DNA of 64,000 nt, taken from assembly GCA_049322915.1 (NCBI GenBank), contig JBMOPW010000013.1:32001-96000 (forward strand), written 5' to 3'. Origin of the DNA: Candidatus Zhuqueibacterota bacterium. GTDB lineage: Bacteria; Zhuqueibacterota; Zhuqueibacteria; Thermofontimicrobiales; Thermofontimicrobiaceae. How positions within the stretch are numbered: position 1 is the stretch's first letter; each line of letters starts with the position of its first letter. Below the pieces are notes generated by a model. The model saw only the letters and a list, made by a program, of their open reading frames with translations, was not told where the DNA came from and did not search any database. Position numbers and translations under genes: made by a program. Of the stretch, positions 59,032 through 64,000 are shown one piece after another.

Positions 59032-59871
59032 TCACACATCCTCACTCTGCATGAGCGCGGGAATCGTCCGGGCAATGATTTTCATGTCATTCCAGAATGA
59101 ATAGGAGCGCGCGTACTGATTGTCCAGATCGATGCGCTCCTCTTCTGACATATCCTTTTTTCCGCGCTTGGTCACCTGCCATAATCCGGTGAGCCCGGCC
59201 GGCGCCATGAATCGCTCGGCCCAGGAATCCTGGGTTAATTTCTCAGCTTCGTAAAGCGGCAGGGGCCTGTTGCCAACCAGCGACATGTCTCCTTTGAAAA
59301 TGTTGAATAACTGGGGCAGTTCATCGATGCTCAGTTTGCGCAGTATTCTTCCGACCGAGGTGATTCTGGGATCATTGGCGAATTTGAAAAACGTATCATT
59401 GCTCGCCGCCTGGCGCTGTGAAAATTGTTCCTCGGCAATCTTGCCCGAATCGCCGAACAGGTAAACCGTATCGGAAGAATCCAGGTCCGACTGATCCCAG
59501 GCGATGAAGCCATCGGCTCCGTCGGATTCTGCTTTACCCGGACTTTCTTTGGCGTACATATTCAGATGCGCCAACTCCTTCAGCCGTTTATCGGCATCCA
59601 TGTACATGGTGCGAAATTTTATCAATTCAATGATATCGTACCCGGTGCCGGTGCGCCGGGATCTATAAATGATCGGGCCCTTCGAATCGAGCTTGATAAT
59701 AATGGCCACCACCAGCAGCAGCGGTGATAAAATGAGCAGCGCTGTCGCCGAGACCAGAATATCAAAAACACGTTTCGCGACCGGCATTTTGTATTGCCGA
59801 TTCTGATTCTTTTTCGAGTCCGCCAATGGCTGACCTTGCTGAATGGTTGATGCTTCCACCTGACGTTTCAT
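59032..59871 (-). CDS. Priming sugar (phosphoglycosyl) transferase
   Basis: KRVFDI, KFRTM, DPRIT, DELPQL, GDMSLVGNRP, GLTGLWQV. Confidence 0.93.
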   Translation of the reverse strand: MKRQVEASTIQQGQPLADSKKNQNRQYKMPVAKRVFDILVSATALLILSPLLLVVAIIIKLDSKGPIIYRSRRTGTGYDIIELIKFRTMYMDADKRLKELAHLNMYAKESPGKAESDGADGFIAWDQSDLDSSDTVYLFGDSGKIAEEQFSQRQAASNDTFFKFANDPRITSVGRILRKLSIDELPQLFNIFKGDMSLVGNRPLPLYEAEKLTQDSWAERFMAPAGLTGLWQVTKRGKKDMSEEERIDLDNQYARSYSFWNDMKIIARTIPALMQSEDV

Positions 59872-60003
59872 TTTTCTGCCTGCCTTGTTAAATCGATATT
59901 CTGCCGCATGTCAATCTGCACTGAAACCGCCGATCCGTGAGAAACCCGCCTGCCGGCGATACGCTCCGACTATCCCGGCGCAATCGTGACCCATCTCCCC
60001 GGC

Positions 60004-60381
60004 TCAATTGGAAAGACGACGAAGGATATTTTCGATGCGAATGACGAGCTCCTCCGGATTAAAAGGCTTCACCACGTAATCTTCCGCCCCCAGTTTCAGC
60101 CCTTTTATTCGGTCCGTGCTCTGCGCTTTTGCCGTTAAAAAAATGACCGGGATGTGACTGTACCCTTTTCTGGCATGGAGGCTCTGGATGAAGCCATACC
60201 CATCCACCTTGGGCATATTGATATCCGCCACGATCAAATCCGGCTTGTTTCCGTCACAAATCAAATCCAGCGCCTGCTGGCCATCTTCGGCTGTGGTCAC
60301 ATCAAATTTCTTCCCCAGATTGTACTCCAGCAGCCTGCGCATGCTTTGATCATCGTCCACAATTAAAATATGCTGTTTCAT
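60004..60381 (-). CDS. Single-domain response regulator
   Basis: IVDDD, DINMP, FLTA, DYVVKPF. Confidence 0.92.
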   Translation of the reverse strand: MKQHILIVDDDQSMRRLLEYNLGKKFDVTTAEDGQQALDLICDGNKPDLIVADINMPKVDGYGFIQSLHARKGYSHIPVIFLTAKAQSTDRIKGLKLGAEDYVVKPFNPEELVIRIENILRRLSN

Positions 60382-60398
60382 TTTTCTCTCCAGAAGTA

Positions 60399-60530
60399 GT
60401 AACTGTTTAGCCATTTGTAGTACACAAAGGCTGCCACGGATCGTTCGGGATATTCATCCCGAACGGTGCGCCTATTCAGGAACATACGTTCCAATCCATT
60501 TACCGCGCCGGATACATATCCGGCGCTTTC
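60399..60530 (-). mobile_element. MITE-like element, family A copy 2 (one end degenerate)
   Basis: Shares the exact 28-mer GAATAGGCGCACCGTTCGGGATGAATAT and the 13-mer TGTACTACAAATG with copy 1; ends in ...CAGTTAC. Confidence 0.7.
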
Positions 60531-60597
60531 TCTACGGTATTAATATCTACTGCCGGTTGGTATTTTGCTTTATCGTTTGGCAATGGCAAACTCCCGG

Positions 60598-60987
60598 CTA
60601 TCGTCCCGGCCGCTGTTTCAACCATGATCTCACTTTTTCAATGAGCAATGCCGGCTCGATCGGCTTGGTCAGATAATCATCCGCCCCCATTGCATTGCCC
60701 CGAAGAATATCCGCCGTCTGCGCCCGCGCCGTGAGAAAAATGAACGGAACATTCAGCAGCCGTTCATCTTCTTTGATCCGTTTGAACAGTTCAAAACCAT
60801 TCATGCACGGCATCATCACGTCGCTGATAATCAAATCAGGCACATGAGTGGAACAAAACTCGATCGCCTTCTCGCCATTCTCGAACGCATCGATGTGAAA
60901 GCCCTCTTTCTCAAGATTGTGACGAATCAGGATGCTCATCACGCGCTCGTCTTCAACCAACAGAATATTCGGAACTTGTTTATCCAT
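60598..60987 (-). CDS. Single-domain response regulator
   Basis: VEDE, SDVMMP, FLTA, DDYLTKP. Confidence 0.92.
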   Translation of the reverse strand: MDKQVPNILLVEDERVMSILIRHNLEKEGFHIDAFENGEKAIEFCSTHVPDLIISDVMMPCMNGFELFKRIKEDERLLNVPFIFLTARAQTADILRGNAMGADDYLTKPIEPALLIEKVRSWLKQRPGR

Positions 60988-60988
60988 A

Positions 60989-62101
60989 TCATTCCCCTGC
61001 CTCGTCGAGCGGCAGCAGAATCGTGAATCGCGTGCCTTTGCCTTCGGCGCTGGTCACTTCTATTTTTCCTTTGTGGTATTCAATAATGTCTTTTACAATG
61101 GGCAGTCCCAGACCGGTGCCCTGAATTTCCATGCCCGGCCGATCGACGCGGTAAAATTTCTGAAAAATCCTGGACAGGTCTTTTTCCGGAATTCCCAGGC
61201 CGTGATCTTCCACTTCCAGCGCCGCATATTCGCCATTACGGGTCAGAGCGATTTTCACAAAGCCATTGACCTGCGAAAATTTCACGGCATTGCTGACCAG
61301 GTTCAGCAGCGCCCGTTTTATGGCATCGCGATCGGCGGTAATTGTGGGGACATGGTTTTCAATGGTATATTCGAACGTGATCCCCCTGGCGTCGCACTGA
61401 ATTTTCTGAGTATCGTACACCTCTTTGACAATCTGGTCAAGCTGAATGGGCTTGGGAGTATAGGCCACGGTCCGCGATTCGATTCGGGAAATACTCAGCA
61501 CATTTTCAATCAGATTGGATAGACGGAGACTTTCATCATGAATAATTTTGAGGAACTCGTTTCTGATGTCCTCGCCCATCTCTTTGTCGCGCAGGATGGT
61601 GCTGGAAAAACCGAGAATGGACGCCAGCGGCGTTCTCAACTCGTGGGACACGCTGGACACGAAATCGGATTTCAGGCGGCTATTCTCCAGCAGCGATTCC
61701 TCGTATTCCCTCCGTTTGATATTCACATTGACCCGGGCCAATACCTCTTCCGGCAAAAATGGCTTTGTCACGTAATCCATACCGCCAGCTTCGAAGGCTT
61801 TCAACTTGCTGTTGGAGTCCGTCAACGCCGTAATGAACAAGACCGGAATATCTCTGGTGCTCTCATCGCTCTTGAGCTGTTCGCACACTTCAAAGCCGCT
61901 CATCTCCGGCATCATGATGTCCAGCAGGATCAGATCGATTTTTTTCTTCCGGACAAATTCAATCGCTTCTTTTCCGCTTTTCGAAAGCACCACTTTATAG
62001 CCGTTTCGCTTCAGCAAACTCCCCAATACCTGGAGGTTCGTCGGCGTATCGTCCACAATCAGAATGAGCGATTGGTTATTTGGAGCTTGTGATATTTCCA
62101 T
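60989..62101 (-). CDS. Hybrid REC-histidine kinase
   Basis: IVDD/LLDIMMP receiver; SHELRTP, NLVSNAVKF, DHGLGI, GTGLGL. Confidence 0.93.
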   Translation of the reverse strand: MEISQAPNNQSLILIVDDTPTNLQVLGSLLKRNGYKVVLSKSGKEAIEFVRKKKIDLILLDIMMPEMSGFEVCEQLKSDESTRDIPVLFITALTDSNSKLKAFEAGGMDYVTKPFLPEEVLARVNVNIKRREYEESLLENSRLKSDFVSSVSHELRTPLASILGFSSTILRDKEMGEDIRNEFLKIIHDESLRLSNLIENVLSISRIESRTVAYTPKPIQLDQIVKEVYDTQKIQCDARGITFEYTIENHVPTITADRDAIKRALLNLVSNAVKFSQVNGFVKIALTRNGEYAALEVEDHGLGIPEKDLSRIFQKFYRVDRPGMEIQGTGLGLPIVKDIIEYHKGKIEVTSAEGKGTRFTILLPLDEAGE

Positions 62102-62195
62102 TGGAGCACCGCATTAAATTCGCATTTCTTCCAATTTGAATTGAGCCTTATCGCTGAGCCGACTGCCAGGGAAACGCCCCCGACGCAGACGCGAC

Positions 62196-63998
62196 TCATG
62201 AGGTGGGCATCTCCGACCTTTTTCCGGAATGATCGACCGCCTTCAATAACATATCGGTCATTTCCGGGAAGGAATTTAACAATGTTTCGATCTCGGCGAT
62301 ATTAAAATTCTGGACTGCTTCGTTCAAAATCTGTCCGAACGAGACCAATCCGCTGACCTGAAATTTCTCGCCGGTCTGAATGAGTCGATCCGCGAACAGT
62401 TCGACCAGCTCCATCTCTTTGGCACCTTGCAGGGAATGCCAGTCCGGTAATAACGTCCCCTGAATCGCCTCGGTAAACGCTGAAGCGTCCAGACCGTCGC
62501 CCGGGCGCAGGGATTCCGTGCTCAGTTGAATTTTACCCACCGATGACGGCGCCGGCGCCGCTCGCCGATGTTCCAGGAACTTTGATAATTCAGTGAACAG
62601 GCTGATAATATTGATCGGCTTGAACAGAAATCCATCAAATCCAAATTCCAATAAATTAATCTCATTGTGCCGGGTGGCCGAGGCGGTCAACGCAACGATT
62701 TTCAGATGCCTGGTCCGGTCATCTTTACGTAGAATTCGCGTGGCTTCGAAACCATCCATGCCGGGCATTTTCAAATCCATCAAGATGATCTCAGGATGAA
62801 ATTTTTTCGAGAAGGCAATGGCCTCGTCCGCGGATTTCGCTTCCAATACCTGCAAGCCGGCCAGGGTCAGCCACTCATTCAATAATTTTCGGTTCGAATA
62901 CACATCATCCACAATGAGCACGCACGCTTTTTGGAACGAAATCTGCCGGGGGTCGAGCAGTTCCTTGTCGAAACTGATGGTAGGTACTACCGTTGAAACA
63001 TCCACTTCCCGCAGCTTCACCTGAAACACACTCCCCTTACCGACTTCGCTCTGAACCGCGATCTGACCATTCATCATTTCCACCAACCGACGGGTGATGG
63101 TGAGCCCCAGACCTGTGCCGCCATATTTCCGATTGCTCTGTCCGTTCTGCTGCATGAATGCATCGAAAATTCTCTGCTGCTCGTTTTGCGAAATGCCAAT
63201 TCCGGTATCGGCCACAGAAATGATCAATTCGATTTTGCTGCCATCCTGATCGATATTCAGTTTGTGAGCCGTCAATTTGATATATCCCTTTTCCGTGAAT
63301 TTCACGGCATTGCCAACCAGGTTCAACAGCACCTGACGAATCCTCATCTCATCCAGCAGCAGCGAGGCAGGCAACTCCGTGTCAATCTCCGTGATGAATT
63401 CCAGCTTCTTCTCCGAAAACTTCATTTCAAAGACCTGTTTGATTTCATTGAAAATGTAGAAAAGATTGACCGGTTCGTACATCATTTCCAACCTGCCGGC
63501 TTCAATTTTTGACAGGTCTAAAATATCATCAATCAACGTCAGCAGGCTTTTCCCGGCGATTTGAATGGACTGCAGATACCCCTTCTGCTTTTTATCCGTG
63601 ATGAGTGTGGCAAGCAATTCGCTGAAGCCGATCACCGCGTTCATCGGTGTGCGTATTTCATGGCTCATATTAGCGAGAAACTCGCTTTTCGCCCGATTGG
63701 CTGTCTCCGCCAATTCCTTGGCTTCCTTCAACTTTTCCTCGGCTTGCTTCCGACCGGAGATGTCGCGCAGGGTGCCGACCAATTTTACCGGGCTGCCGGT
63801 TTCACTTTTTTCCAAACGGCCAGAAAAAGAGCACTGCACCTGATTGCCATCCGCATGCACAAGCACCATTTCATAATCATAAACGCTATCATTCTCCGCA
63901 AACAATTCCATCAGACGGTAGTGCTGTTCCGGACCTGCGTAGAAATCGAAGATCGTCCGGCCCAGCGCATCCTCCCGATTGTAGCCGCCAACATATTT
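62196..63998 (-). CDS. PAS hybrid sensor histidine kinase; 5' end lies outside the window
   Basis: Frame is open to the window edge (KYVGGYNREDALGRTIFDF, PAS-like); SHEIRTP, NAVKF, GGTGLGL, receiver LMDLKMP. Confidence 0.92.
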   Translation of the reverse strand, partial: KYVGGYNREDALGRTIFDFYAGPEQHYRLMELFAENDSVYDYEMVLVHADGNQVQCSFSGRLEKSETGSPVKLVGTLRDISGRKQAEEKLKEAKELAETANRAKSEFLANMSHEIRTPMNAVIGFSELLATLITDKKQKGYLQSIQIAGKSLLTLIDDILDLSKIEAGRLEMMYEPVNLFYIFNEIKQVFEMKFSEKKLEFITEIDTELPASLLLDEMRIRQVLLNLVGNAVKFTEKGYIKLTAHKLNIDQDGSKIELIISVADTGIGISQNEQQRIFDAFMQQNGQSNRKYGGTGLGLTITRRLVEMMNGQIAVQSEVGKGSVFQVKLREVDVSTVVPTISFDKELLDPRQISFQKACVLIVDDVYSNRKLLNEWLTLAGLQVLEAKSADEAIAFSKKFHPEIILMDLKMPGMDGFEATRILRKDDRTRHLKIVALTASATRHNEINLLEFGFDGFLFKPINIISLFTELSKFLEHRRAAPAPSSVGKIQLSTESLRPGDGLDASAFTEAIQGTLLPDWHSLQGAKEMELVELFADRLIQTGEKFQVSGLVSFGQILNEAVQNFNIAEIETLLNSFPEMTDMLLKAVDHSGKRSEMPTS

Positions 63999-64000
63999 TA

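Overview
Bacterial chromosomal window with no rRNA, tRNA, CRISPR array or intact transposase that I can see. Gene content (porX-tsaE linkage, PorV/UPF0164-like barrel, FlgD-Ig/T9SS-type C-terminal domain, Bacteroidota-style EPS locus) suggests an FCB-group organism, possibly KSB1/Calditrichota-like; this is inference. There are four blocks. (1) 1-6.5 kb, minus strand: housekeeping run porX-tsaE-tsaB-rimI-accD-surE-guaA (guaA partial). (2) 6.8-15.4 kb, plus strand: two YjbH-like genes, a SPOR protein, DUF362, nitroreductase, Nif3 and a REC-PAS-GAF-GAF protein. (3) 15.6-34.4 kb, minus strand: a putative osmoadaptation island with a glucosylglycerate-synthase-like GT, MscS+DUF432, two DUF2179 paralogs, DUF1611+dipeptide epimerase, CorA and DHH. 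Its core is a module of two Ddl-like ATP-grasp ligases, a GNAT and a lysine 2,3-aminomutase behind a near-consensus sigma54 promoter, next to a sigma54 activator and a third ATP-grasp gene. (4) 35-64 kb, minus strand: a Wzx/Wzy exopolysaccharide locus headed by a phosphorelay. It has a half-size TolC but no visible Wza, a Wzc without a tyrosine cluster, and an embedded 1531-aa FG-GAP protein with seven copies of an unfamiliar ~120-aa acidic repeat next to a PorV-like/OmpA fusion. Intergenic DNA holds ~150-bp MITE-like elements with GTAAC-like...GTTAC-like ends and imperfect target-site duplications, plus REP-like hairpins. All product calls come from motifs read by eye, not database searches.
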